64,000 nucleotides of DNA from Octopus vulgaris. Taxonomy: Eukaryota. A program made the position numbers and the translations under genes. How positions within the stretch are numbered: the first letter of the stretch is position 1; every line of letters begins with the position of its first letter. The stretch is from the NCBI GenBank assembly GCA_951406725.2, contig OX597840.1:2418001-2482000 (forward strand), read 5' to 3'. Shown in pieces: positions 19,203-31,839 of the stretch. The notes beneath the pieces are model-generated. The model was not told where the DNA came from. It was given only the letters and a program-made list of their open reading frames with translations, and did not search any database.

Positions 19203-19647
19203 TGGCGCAGACGTGGTCATGTGCTAGTAAGCTTCTTTCCCAACCACATGGTTCCGAGTTCAGTCCCAATCCATTGCACTTTGGGTAAGTGTCTTCTACT
19301 TTAGCTTCAGGCAGACCAAAACCTTATGAGTGGATTTGGTGGACGGAAACTGAAAGAATCCCGTAGTATATATATATATGTGTGTGTGAGTGTGTGCATG
19401 GCGTGTTTGTGTGTGTATTTATGCGTATGTTTGTGCTTTTCCCCCCGCCATCGTTTGACAACCGATGCTGGTGTGTTTATGTCTCCGTAACACAGCTTTT
19501 CGGCAAAAGTGATCGATAAAATAAGTACTAGGCTTATAAAGAATAAGTCGTAATGTCGTTGTTTTCCGATTAAAAACCCTTTTAAGGTGATACTCCAGCA
19601 TGGCCGCAGTCAAATGACTGAAAGAAGTAAAATAATGAAAGAATAAA
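19203..19647 (+). mobile_element. SINE family A (older)
   Basis: Diverged match to family A. Confidence 0.85.
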
Positions 19648-19689
19648 GCTTAAAATTTGCAGATATATAAAACAATCACAGAAAACTGC

Positions 19690-20075
19690 ACATTATTGAC
19701 ATTCGAAGGGTATTTGTCCTCACCTTGTTTGTTGTTAACACAACGTTTCGGCTGATATACCCTCCAGCCTTCTTCCTGTGTCTTGGGGAAATTTTGAACC
19801 TGGGTTCTCCTTCCTAAGGTATTTTTCGATGCTTTTGTTATTATTATTATCCTCATCATCATTATCATCATCATCCTCATCATCATCCTCATCATCATCA
19901 TCATCATCATTATTATTATTATCATTATTATTATTATTACTAGTAAAAAGGCTGGAGGGTATATCAGCCGAAACGTTGTGTTAACAACAAACAAGATGAG
20001 GACAAATATCCGTCGAAGGTAAATAATGTAAATAATGGAAATAATGGAAATAATGTACATAATTCCTCATCTCTT
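19690..20075. mobile_element. Penelope-like pLTR in inverted arrangement with minimal HHR remnant
   Basis: 19690-19771 is the inverse of 19948-20030; motif A-GGCTG..CAGCC-GAAA-CG-TT-GTGT with a mutated CTGANGA box. Confidence 0.7.
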
Positions 20076-20210
20076 ATAGGACACAAAAATGCATAAAGAC
20101 ATAGGAATGCAACTAAACTTTTCCCAATAGCAATTTGTATATTTCCTAAGCGCATGCTCAACCAGAACACACGCTTACGGAATGAAAGCAAACAGGTGAT
20201 AGACATTATA

Positions 20211-20855
20211 TTGGGTTGTCCGGAAAGTTCGTGTCAATTTTTAAAGGGAAAAAAAGGTCAATAAATACTTGCCATTACATTTTTAATCAACCAAATATGA
20301 AGCACTAGCAGTATCGCCCGGCGTTGCTCGGGTTTGTAAGGGAAATAACTATAAAGCATTTTTAGAGAGTTATAGCCAAAAAATGGGAAAAAATTGATGG
20401 TAAATTTTTTTTTTAGTTAAAAAGGTCGAGTTGCGTCCCCTAGACAGTCTGTGGTTTGTGTTTCTAATTCTCGACCCCATGTCGAATTTATCGATTTTTT
20501 TCAGAACTGGGGGAACTTTTCAAAATTTTCTCTGCGTTAGTTTTGAATTATGACATTGGGCTATGTGTGTGTCAAGTTTCATCAGAATCGGTTGAAAGCC
20601 GTGGTCAGGGTGAGGGTACAACCTAACAGACACACAGAAACACACACAGACAAACTGCCGTTTATATATAGAGAGATTTTGTTACACAATGCATCTCCAT
20701 CTTTCCTTTAACTTGAAAATACCCTCTTCCCAGAAAGATGGAGATGCGTTGTGCAACAAAATGGTCCATATTTGGTTGAATAAAAATGTAATGGCAATTA
20801 TTTATTGACCTTTTACTTTCCTTTAAAAATCGGCACGAACCTTCCTGATAACCCG

Positions 20856-20856
<1 letters not shown>
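20211..20856. mobile_element. mariner-type MITE with long TIRs, split by a Helitron
   Basis: TA-flanked TTGGGTTGTCCGGAAAGTTCGTG... / ...CACGAACCTTCCTGATAACCCGA; ~90-bp inverted arms. Confidence 0.8.
20305..20676 (-). mobile_element. non-autonomous Helitron
   Basis: Minus strand begins A|TC and ends with hairpin CCCGAGC-AAC-GCCGGG then CTAG|T; inserted in an AT dinucleotide with no TSD. Confidence 0.85.
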
Positions 20857-20896
<40 letters not shown>

Positions 20897-21099
20897 CGTG
20901 TGTGTGTACACACATATATGTGTGAATAACGGCACACACACAGACTCCGTTTGCGTGTTATGTGACAACTTCTATACTGCCGTATCTACTAGGTCGCCAA
21001 AGCAGCGTCAGTATTTTAACATTATAAGCATGTGTTGTTATGTCTTCCCTTATTGTTCATATGTATTCAAATAAATGGTAACATTCATGGTTATGTTAC

Positions 21100-21228
21100 C
21101 GTTCAAAGCAAACACGAAGAATTCAGCGAGATGAAAGTATTGCAAGTCCTTTTCGAAGAAAATTTCAGTCAGTACAAGAGGTTCATAAAACGGACCACGG
21201 GGGATTTCTTCGACATCGGAAAAAGGAG
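21100..21228 (-). CDS. internal coding exon of an unidentified gene (129 bp, phase 1-1): APFSDVEEIPRGPFYEPLVLTEIFFEKDLQYFHLAEFFVFALN
   Basis: Acceptor T10-CGGTCAATTTGCAG, donor ACG|GTAACA; only one frame is open; splices in frame to the exon at 21489-21536. Confidence 0.65.
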
Positions 21229-21488
21229 CTGCAAATTGACCGAAAAAAAAAACAATTAATATAATTTGGAATAAATAAGAGAAACAGGTACAACACAAAC
21301 ATGGAATAATTAAATGTAATTGTGTGTATGTATATGTGTGTGTGTGCGTGTGTGCACGCGCATGTACAGTATATGTCGGTTTTGGTGAGTGTGTATATAT
21401 GTATCAGTGAGGTAATCAGATGAGATGCAACGCTATAAATGATGAGCGTTTTAATTAAACATTCCAAAATTTATTAGTTACAACTCAC

Positions 21489-21536
21489 CATCAAGATATG
21501 CTTGGCCAGGTCCGTCTGAGCAATCGTCAGAACGGT
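21489..21536 (-). CDS. internal coding exon (48 bp, phase 1-1): xRSDDCSDGPGQAYLD
   Basis: Acceptor TCTCTTTACTTCTCAG, donor ATG|GTGAGT; frame-compatible with 21100-21228. Confidence 0.65.
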
Positions 21537-21951
21537 CTGAGAAGTAAAGAGAACAAATAAATAATCGCGATGCTTTGCACACTCTTGAGTATATAGATAT
21601 ACACCGATCCACGCGCACACAGATACACATACCACGCACATAAGCACGTACATAGGAATTTACACGCACGCACACATAGAGATCATTGTAGCAAAGATAA
21701 ATAAAATATGAGTACTATTTGTGTGTGCGTTTGTGTATGAACATATGTATGTACATATATATATATATATATATATAGTTATCGCCATACTAATATGGTA
21801 GTCTATAAATATAAGACTAAAGATGTCGCTGATTATCTCCAAGAGGCCATCGCCTCTAGCTAGCTATTTGACACACGAACCTGCGTCCATTACAATATCC
21901 AGTAACGCTGCGGTAATCTCCTTTAGAGAGACTTAGTAATTTTAATATTTC

Positions 21952-21987
<36 letters not shown>

Positions 21988-21990
<3 letters not shown>

Positions 21991-22185
21991 TCCCGGGTTG
22001 ATTCGGGGTTAACCACAGTAAATAAGGTACTCAATACATAGCAGAGTAAAATTAATTTATTATATAGAAGGAGCTTCTACAGGACTAGAACTGTTTCATT
22101 CAAGAGAAATCTTCAGGAAGCTTCCTGAAGATTTCTCTTGAATGAAACAGTTCTAGTCCTGTAGAAGCTCCTTCTATATAATAAA

Positions 22186-22190
<5 letters not shown>
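21988..22190. mobile_element. Penelope-like terminal fragment with a perfect 140-bp palindrome
   Basis: 22051-22120 is the exact reverse complement of 22121-22190; contains CTGAAGA..GAAAC; embedded in (TA)n. Confidence 0.65.
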
Positions 22191-22243
<53 letters not shown>

Positions 22244-22469
22244 TGAAGGTTTGAAAATGCATTTTTAAAAGATGTTTATTTACTTTACCGGTTTCACTTT
22301 TTAGAAAAAGATTGTCAAAATTAACATGTAAAAGTTTGGTTGTGCTAATTATTGGTTGTCACAAAATGCTACAATACATATATACATTCTTTGGTAACAA
22401 GAACATGTTAAGAACATAAAAAAGATTAACAAGTTCATTAAAATATTGGGCACAAAAGATTACAACATA

Positions 22470-22845
22470 TTCTTTTATTCTTTTACTTGTTTCAGTCATT
22501 TGACTGTGGCCATGCTGGAGCACCGCCTTTAGTCGAGCAAATCAAACCTGGGACTTATTCTTTGTAAGCCCAGTACTTATTCTATCGGTCTCTTTTGCCG
22601 AACCGCTAAGTGACGGGGACGTAAACACACCAGCATCGCGGTTGTCAAGCAATGCTAGAGGGACAAACACAGACACACAAACATATACACACACATACAT
22701 ATATATACATATATACGACAGGCTTCTTTCAGTTTCCGTCTACCAAATCGAATCACAAGGCATTGGTCGGCCCGAGGCTATAGCAGAAGACACTTGCCCA
22801 AGATGCCACGCAGTGGGACTGGACCCACACAGCTAGTCCTGCGCC
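22470..22845 (-). mobile_element. SINE family A
   Basis: Match to family A. Confidence 0.9.
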
Positions 22846-22859
22846 TATATATACATTCT

Positions 22860-24510
22860 CAAGAAAATATTAAAGATAATTTCCAGAAGGAATTATTAAA
22901 AAGTTCAGTGGAATATTGGTATCTCAAGAAGCCATAAGAATCAAGCTATTGAGAATGTATGTACAGAATCAAATTCAAGCTGCAGAAACATGTAATATAC
23001 CACCGACCCTATATTTAGACCAATCGTAGCAGGCCCGAACTCTGAAACACGCAGACTCAAAAACAATTTAGATATATTAATGAAAGCTATTTTAAAATAC
23101 AAACCAATTTGTGTAAGAGACAATCTGGACCTGCTGAACCACCTCCCAAATCCATAAATAATAATGCCAATATTGTATCATTCGATGTGGTAAATCTCTA
23201 TGCCACAATTCCATACCAATACGGACTAGAGGAAATAAATTTTTGGCTTCAGAAATTCCATCATGAGATTTCAGACAATTAAAATGAGTTTCTTCATTGA
23301 AGTTTTTGATTTCGATCGCAATATTTCAAACAAATATGTGGAACCAGGACGGGGACAAAAGTTGCTGCGACTTACGTCAATATAGTCAAGGCATATTTGG
23401 AGGTCTCACCATATGAATCGAATCTAAATTAAAATATAGCTTGACCTTCCACAAATATTTACTAGAAAATTGGAAACGTTACATAGATGACTTCCTAATC
23501 CTACGGTCGCACACATTTGAGCATCGTAGATTTCAGAAACCTAATGAACAGCATAAACAAAATCAAGTTTACCATGATAAACGGTAAAATTCAAATAACA
23601 ATTCATGGATATACTAAACATGGAAAGAGAGAAAACATTGTAAAAACAATCACTACAAACACACAGATTCTAAACAATACCTATTTTTCTCTTCATACTA
23701 TCCTAAACACATGAAGAATAATATTCCCTCTAATCTAGCAAGAAGAATCTGCACAAATGCCTCAAACCCTGAAATTCGCAATAAAAGACTCTAGGAACTA
23801 AAACAAATAATACTTAAAAGACAATATCCATTAATCTTAATAGACAACTGAATAGAACGTACCGGAGCAATAAATATCAAAGATCTACGAAAAACGAAAA
23901 CCGCTCCAGGTATATCCAATACTTTAGTCTTTATTACAACACAGAACCAAAGAAACACAGAGGTTTACAATATTATCCACCAAAATATCTCACTACTAAA
24001 ACAAGACCCAATAATAAAACAAGCATTCGAAACACTAAATAATAAAAAAGTAAATGACAATCAAAGTCCCTCAAAAAATTACTCACGGGTGCTACATTCC
24101 CTTCCCCTATTCCTACACTAAGAGTTAAAATGTGTGGACGCCCCAATTGCAGGACTCGCATCAATCTTATTGAAGACACAACATACAAATTCAAATCAGG
24201 ACAGATTTTTACCGTAAAAAATCACATTATACGTTCTTCAAATTTAATACATGCTATCAAATGTCAAGGGTGTAATGAAGATTACATAGGTCAAACAAAG
24301 CTTACTCTAAAAAATAGACTGTCCATTCACCAACAACAAATACGTGATCCCCGAACTAGACAGATTCCAGTAAGTGGACACATAGATATATGTGCCAAAA
24401 TCAAGTCCCCCAAATTCCAGGTAATGAATAACACAGATGAAGCACAGATAGACAAAGAAAATATTTATATACAAAAGTACAAAACAAGACTTAACAAACT
24501 TTAATAGAAC
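22860..24510 (+). mobile_element. decayed Penelope-like retroelement (RT + Cys-rich linker + GIY-YIG endonuclease; Neptune-like)
   Basis: Frameshifted motifs FRPIVAGP, IVSFDVVNLYATIP, GTRTGTKVAATYVN, WKRYIDDF; ORF 24130-24504 CGRPNC...IHAIKCQGCNEDYIGQT...RLSIH. Confidence 0.9.
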
Positions 24511-24895
24511 CATTGCTTCTCTTATGTTATATTATATTATATATTCTCTAGCTAGTTTTGTTTACAGTTAATGCAACGCTACTTATTATGTTTCCTATTT
24601 GGAAATAGATAAAATTATTTGGCTTTTAAAGTAAGGATGTATATAATGATTAAACCGTCACTTATAACTTACTGAAGTGTTACCATTTTACGCAAATCCG
24701 AACTACAGTATATAAACGCCACAGAGAAATATACTTTATGGAACGCTGACGAATAATAGCGTCATGTATGTATAACATTATTTTCGTGTTCATTTCACCG
24801 CTATGCGAAAATACAATTTAATAATTACAGAATTACATATTTATACATAGTTGAAGAACGTGAAGAAATAGAAAAACTTTTCTTAATTAATTTTC

Positions 24896-25200
24896 ATGGA
24901 GGTCTCGCACTGTGGTATGGAATTATACTAATTAACTAGAGTGTCGTCTGAGATCATTAAGACAAACTAAGAAAAAGCTGCGCCAGTACATATCTATGTG
25001 TGTATATATATATATATGTGTGTGTGTGTGTCTGTGTGTGTGTGTGTATGTGTTTGTGTCTGTTTTTGTATACATATATACACAGACACAGACAGATGTG
25101 TATATGTACACACACACGTATATATTTATATATACACAAATATAAATATACATACATGTGTGTGTGTATATGTCCGTGAGTGTGTGTTCGCTTATGTATA
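24896..25200 (+). repeat. local duplication, copy 1 (copy 2 at 27758-28112)
   Basis: ~95 bp of unique sequence plus the adjoining microsatellite pattern is shared. Confidence 0.85.
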
Positions 25201-25692
25201 TAACATTTTATATTATATACAGGTGAAAGAAAGATAATTTTCGTCGTATAGAATTACGACTATATATTTTACTATCTAATTCATAAATCTAACTAATATT
25301 GAATCACAACAATTCTCATAAGACTTGTTGGATTTTCCTTGAACATGGCATGAAAAATCACCAATGTCTCAAAGGAGTGAGTGTCGTGGAGTTTAGTTAC
25401 AACCAACAAACACTAAAGTTTTCCCCCCAAATCCAGGGTTTATATAACTGCTCAATTTGACTTAAAAGAATCGAAATCCCATACAAAATTCTTTAAGTAG
25501 CTTTTAGAATCCTTATACGACAGTTATATTAACCACTGGAAAAACGATAATAATATTTTTCGGCAATACAACATTACGTCATATTGCCAGCTACCACATA
25601 TTGGCGCTACTATTTGAAAATGGCTATTGCAACACATACAAACATACATACATACATACATATATACATACATATATACATACATACATACA

Positions 25693-25727
<35 letters not shown>

Positions 25728-25866
25728 GACTATACCTGGATATTTGCAATCTCAAAGTAGACGTACTGCACTTAGTTTCATAAAATAAATAGATATCTGT
25801 CCACTCTACTCAGCGTATGAGAAGTAAAACGGTAAACTAAAATATACTTTGATATATTTTACCATT

Positions 25867-26010
25867 TGTTGTGTGAACGACCCCAGGCGATGAAAAGGCT
25901 AGCCCAATACGTAGATATAGAGGGAGAAGTCTAGACGTAGAGGGAGAATAGAACAGCTTTGTAGACTAGAGTCGAGTTGAGTAGAAGGCAACCGAACGTG
26001 CGGCATAACG
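25867..26010. mobile_element. short solo-LTR-like element
   Basis: TGTTGTGT...GCATAACG termini; near-TSD CCATT/CTATT; homologous to 29433-30138. Confidence 0.65.
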
Positions 26011-26359
26011 CTATTATTACATAGCTACATGTAAGGTGTTCTCTCTTGACCTAAGAAGACCATCAGCAGTCATTGCCCATGCAAAATTTCAACAATGTAT
26101 GTGCGTGGTGTTACTGAATCTGCGGTCGGCTTCATCTGGCTTCGATCTCGCATCTTCCGCTTTCGCGTGATACCATGCTGCTTGACCGCAAAGTCGCCAC
26201 GCCTGCGATCGCACAATCTAAAATTTTAGGTCTTCAACAACACTTCGCAGTCCATCTCCACCCAATTTACGTAATTCTCAAAAAGGCAACGAGAAGATAT
26301 CCAATGCCAAAATTGGTTGCCGGCTCAGAAATGTGTGCCATTATCAAATTTATATTATA

Positions 26360-26661
26360 GGCGCAGGAGTGGCACTGTGGTAAGTAGCTTGCTTACCAAC
26401 CACGTGGTTCTGGGTTCAGTCCCACTGCGTGGCACCTTCGGCAAGTGTCTTCCACTATAGCCTCGGGCCGACCAAAGCCTAATAAGTGGATTTGGTAGAT
26501 GGAAACTGAAAGAAGCCCGTCGTGAATATGTATTTATATATATGTGTATGTCTGTATATGTTTGTGTGTCTGTGTTTGTACCCCCAACATAGCTTGACAA
26601 CTGATGCTGGTGTGTTTACGTCCACGTAACTTAGCGGATCGGCAAAAGAGACCAATAGAAT
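26360..26661 (+). mobile_element. SINE family A, 3'-truncated
   Basis: Match to family A. Confidence 0.85.
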
Positions 26662-26730
26662 ATATATATACATATGAATATTAATATATATGTATATATA
26701 TGCACATATATATATGTTATGTATATACAT

Positions 26731-26766
<36 letters not shown>

Positions 26767-26952
26767 AATATATATACATATGTATATATATATGTGTGTG
26801 TGTGTGTGTATGTATATATATATATATATATATATATTAATCAATGAAATTGCAAATAAGTCTGATTTTCCACGTTTTATTATTTGCAATCTTTACAATT
26901 TTACAATATTGAGATAACTATTACTTCCATGCGTTACGCAATCACCATGTTT

Positions 26953-26989
<37 letters not shown>

Positions 26990-27331
26990 TGTGTGTAGAC
27001 ATATATACAAACATGCGCCTATATAGTTAAGCACTCTGCGTCAGACATACGTCTGTCTACACCCTTTGACAACAAATACTAAAACAAACCAAAGATTTAA
27101 CTTGAAATTGCTATATCTAGTTTATTAATGACTCCAATATTTACACCCATACATATACCTACATATATACATATGTATATATATATGTGTGTGTGTGTGT
27201 GTCTGTGGTTGTCCGTGTGGTCCGTGTGTCTGTGTGCGTAGGAAAAACATGCAGAGCCGACCAAGCTTGGAATGGTATCGGTATAGGCCGAACAGGCTTG
27301 AAGGAAGGCGAAATAGAGACACCAAGAGAGA

Positions 27332-27400
<69 letters not shown>

Positions 27401-27460
27401 TTATACATACATATATATATACATATATATATATACACACATATATATATATATATGTAT

Positions 27461-27495
<35 letters not shown>

Positions 27496-27551
27496 TATAT
27501 ACACATATGTATATACATACATACATATATATATATACATATATATATATT

Positions 27552-27593
<42 letters not shown>

Positions 27594-27757
27594 CATACAT
27601 ACATATATATATATACATACATACACACACACGTATATATATATATATATACACACAGATAGGGAAAGAGGGAGTGTGTGTGTGTGAGGGGGTGTCAGCC
27701 AGGCAGTAAGCTAACGAGGTGTTAAGTAACGTCGACATACTTAATACGTGGGATTGT

Positions 27758-27847
27758 ATGGAGGTCTCGCATTGTGGTATGGAATTATACTAATTAACTA
27801 GAGTGTCGTCTGAGATCATTATGACAAACTAAGAAAAAGCTGCGCCA

Positions 27848-27911
<64 letters not shown>

Positions 27912-28048
27912 ATGTTTGTGCATGTGTTTTTGTATATATATATATACATAGACACAGACAGATGTGTATATGTACACACACACATATATATATATGCAGA
28001 AATATAAATATACATACATGTGTGTGTGTATCTGTGTGTGTGTGTGTT

Positions 28049-28086
<38 letters not shown>

Positions 28087-28112
28087 TGTGAGTGTGTGTT
28101 CGCTTATGTTTA
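27758..28112 (+). repeat. local duplication, copy 2
   Basis: Matches 24896-25200. Confidence 0.85.
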
Positions 28113-28236
28113 CAAACGAAATAGAAGGCCTATGAATTTTTGTTCTGGTATTATGTTCAGTATTTCCTAATATCTATAGCTATGGCACACCCACGTACAC
28201 ACAAAATCGCGCACTCGCACGCGCACTCACACGCTG

Positions 28237-28308
<72 letters not shown>

Positions 28309-28400
28309 GCTCGCATATATACAAGCACACTAAATTATATAAACATATGTATATGCATGTATCCATACACACCTACTCACATACATACATGCATAAACAA

Positions 28401-28444
<44 letters not shown>

Positions 28445-29489
28445 GAGTTAATATATTTATAAATTCTCGATATATACAAGCACACTAAGTTATATAAACA
28501 TATGTATATGCATGTATCCCTACCCACCTACTAACATACATACATACATTCATAAATACACACATATATATATACAAATATATATATATATATATGTATA
28601 TATATTAAGCGAATACTTTCAGTCATAATTACATGCATGTATACATACCGGCATACAAGATGGAAACTTACTTTCGTACTTACATACATGAATACGTACG
28701 CATACATTCATGTACAAATATACACATAGATTATGAAACACATTTTCATTAATAATATATACACGCTCGCATCATCACAGCAACTATATACACACGTGTG
28801 TGAATTATTGAACATGCAATTACCAATTTCTGGCAGTTTCACCAACTTCAATGGAATCTCCGTTGTGTGAAGAGAATATTTCTACCAATTCGAAACTTTA
28901 ATAAGATATTGGAAACACTTCTAGACTTGAGTAAAATATTATGGAATATTTGCTCCTCCATGTCATTGTTTAGCGCCAATTCCGTCATATTGGGGAAGAC
29001 AGATCTTAGAGCAATGTGTTTTAGCTACAGAGGTTTTGTCTGTTAAATTTTCAGATTGCTATTTGCCTCTGTATAAAACTCCAGAACGTTCTGTCACGAC
29101 AGCAAACGTTTGTTTAACATGACTATGGATTAAATTGCGTGATCCGTGACAGATTTAGAGCTGCAAAGCATAGCTATCTTTTTCAAGCGTGTTTTGCTGA
29201 TAGATTTAAGCGTGATTGAATTGTTGGATTATAACCCACACTGGTTGAGTAGACAGGCCGCAGGATCTTGATTATTGAGAGGACCAAAACCGATGGTAAT
29301 GCAATGAGGCATCACTGATCATGTGCCAATGTTCACCGGAAGTTGATGTATGAAATCACAAAAATAAATATTGCTTTCGAATTTTAGCACAAGTCCAGTG
29401 AGCTTGCAATGATAGGGGTATAAGTTGATTACTGCTGTGTGGACGCCTCCAAGCGATGAAGTAGGCTAGCCCAATACGTAGGTATATAG

Positions 29490-29795
29490 AATTCTGCAAC
29501 GGCACTTGCGGTGGTTTGGCCATGCATGTAGACGCCCGGTGGGTGAACTGAGCCGTGATGTCCTTCTCCCAACTCCACTTCCCAACTGGCGGAAACGCGA
29601 GGGAGGGCAGCTGAAGACCTGGGTTACGACGATCAAGGCGGACCTCTCCGTGCTCACGGGACCGCAGGTGGTCGGCCTGCGCCGACGGAACCGTGACTGG
29701 CGCAGGACCGTCATGCCTCGAGGGTGGTAGAAGAAGCCGACTCAACCCGCCCAGGGTGAATGTCACCACAAGTACAAGTATAAGTACAAGTAAGT
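29490..29795 (+). mobile_element. RTE-clade LINE 3' end
   Basis: LRWFGHACRR...WRKREGGQLKTW C-terminal motif; (CAAGTA)n tail. Confidence 0.85.
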
Positions 29796-29802
29796 AGATA
29801 TA

Positions 29803-30018
29803 TATTTCTTTATTGCCCACAAGGGGCTAAACACAGAGAGGACAAACAAAGACAGACAAACGGATTAAGTCGAATATATCGACCCCAGTGCGTAACTGGT
29901 ACTTATTTAATCGACCCCGAAAGGATGAAAGGCGGAATTTGAACTCAGAACGTGGCGGCAGACGAAATACTACAAAGCATTTTGCCTGGCGTGCTAACGC
30001 TTCTGCCAGCTCACCGCC
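29803..30018 (-). mobile_element. SINE family B
   Basis: Match to family B. Confidence 0.85.
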
Positions 30019-30507
30019 CTGGAGAAGCCTAGACGTCAGGAGCACAGCTGTGAAGAGAACATTTGAATAGCAGTAGAGTAGCAGAGTAGCGGTGAGAGTC
30101 GAGTTGAGGAGTAAGGCATCCGAACGCGCGACATAACAATTACACTGACTGCAGTGTTCAAATGGTACTTACTTTATCAACCCCGAAAGGATGAAGGGCA
30201 AAGTCTTTACGTTTTCTTCTGTATATAATCTTCCGATAGACACAAGCTCTTCATCAGTGACGTGTCGTAAGCTCATTGGGCTTTCTGTTCTTTAGTAATC
30301 AAACTCCCTCTTCCCGGCGATCCTTCGAGACGTTCATGATGCCCCAGCTTTTCAATCACGCTTAAATCTAATAGCGAACGTAAGGTGACAGTTACCAATT
30401 CATACATGACAGCTTTGCTCTGTAGCATTATCAGGGATTAAACATGTTGATTCGAAGAAATGTTGATTCGATCGTTGCTGACTCCATAGATAACGTAATG
30501 GAATAGT

Positions 30508-30769
30508 ACACTCTTTTACTCTTTACTCTTTTACTTGTTTCAGTCATTTGACTGCGGCCATGCTGGAGCACCGCCTTTAGTCGATCAAATCGACCCCGGG
30601 ACTTATTCTTTGTAAGCCCAGTACTTATTCTATCGGTCACTTTTGCCGAACCGCTAAGTTACGGGGACATGCCCGGGGCTATAGCAGAAGACACTTGCCC
30701 AAGATGCCACGCAGTGGGACTGAACCCGGAACCATCTGGTTGGTTAGCAAGCTACTTACCACACAGCCA
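30508..30769 (-). mobile_element. SINE family A with internal deletion
   Basis: Head and tail match; central microsatellite block is missing. Confidence 0.85.
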
Positions 30770-31261
30770 ATAAATTCCATTTCAACCGATTAAATATCTT
30801 TGGAAGTAATAACATTGCCCCAAAACCTATCTACTTGGGCTATAAACATACTTAGATATTAACTCTGAAGTGTTCTTTTCATACATAATCCTCCAATGCA
30901 AGAAAGCACATTGTTGGTACTGTTTCTAAGTGCATCAGAAAATGCTAATAAATAATCATAAATATTTCCAAAATTAATTTCTGTGTATTTTTTTTATCCA
31001 CAGAAGAAAGAACTTTGCATAATATTATTCCATCCACGATCATTTCATTAGTTGATGCATAATTTGTCTCAGAATTTACAATTGCAACCGTTTGGCTATC
31101 AGAGCGACCGATGTTTGTTTCAATGTGTCGGCAGAAGAGGAGCTGTGATTTCTGGAACGAGTAATGATACACGAGGTTGTGCTAATAGGAATCAAGCATA
31201 ATTTTGATCAACCCTAACAGTGTCGTTTCAGGACCGTCGTGCGAGGGTAGTAGAAGAAGCC

Positions 31262-31839
31262 GACGAGCTGGCAGAAACGTTAGCACGCCGGGCGAAATGC
31301 TTTGTCGTATTTCGTCCGCCGCTGCGTACTAAGTTCAAATCCCCCCGAGGTCGACTTTGCCTTTCATCCTTTCGGGGTCGATAAATTAAGTACCAATTAC
31401 ACACTGGGGTCGGTGTAATCGACATAATCCATTGTCTGTCCTTGTTTGTCCTCTCTGTGTTTAGCCCCTTGTGGGTAGTAAAGAAATAGGTATTTCGCCT
31501 GCCGCTACGTTCTGAGTTCAAATTCCACCGAGGCCGACTTTGCTTTTCATCCTTTCGGGGTCGATAAATTAAGTACCAGTTACGCACAGGGATCGATGTA
31601 ATCGACTTAATCCGCTTGTCTGTCCTTGTTTGTCCCCTCTGTGTTTAGCCTCTTGTGGGTAGTAAATAAATAGGTATTTTGTCTGTCGTTACGTTCTGAT
31701 TTCAAATTCCGCAGAGGTCAACTTTGCCTTTCATCCTTTCCGGGTCGGTAAATTAAGTACCAGTTAACAACTTAATCTGTTTGTCTGTCCTTGTTTTTCC
31801 CTTCTATGTTTAGCCCCATGTTGACGGTAAAGAAATAAG
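31262..31839 (+). mobile_element. SINE family B trimer
   Basis: One headed copy plus two headless units, period ~184 bp. Confidence 0.9.

Larger units (their letters stand above)
29433..30138. mobile_element. solo-LTR-like element carrying nested RTE and SINE insertions
   Basis: TGCTGTGT...ACATAACA termini; perfect 5-bp TSD ATTAC at 29428-32 and 30139-43. Confidence 0.75.

Noticed and set aside
27242-27274. Possible micro-exon [10 protein letters not shown] (Sushi-like TC..D..W.G)
   Set aside because: Weak splice sites and too short to support
31262-31839. CRISPR-like periodic repeats
   Set aside because: Whole units repeat with no unique spacers, in a eukaryotic context with no cas genes
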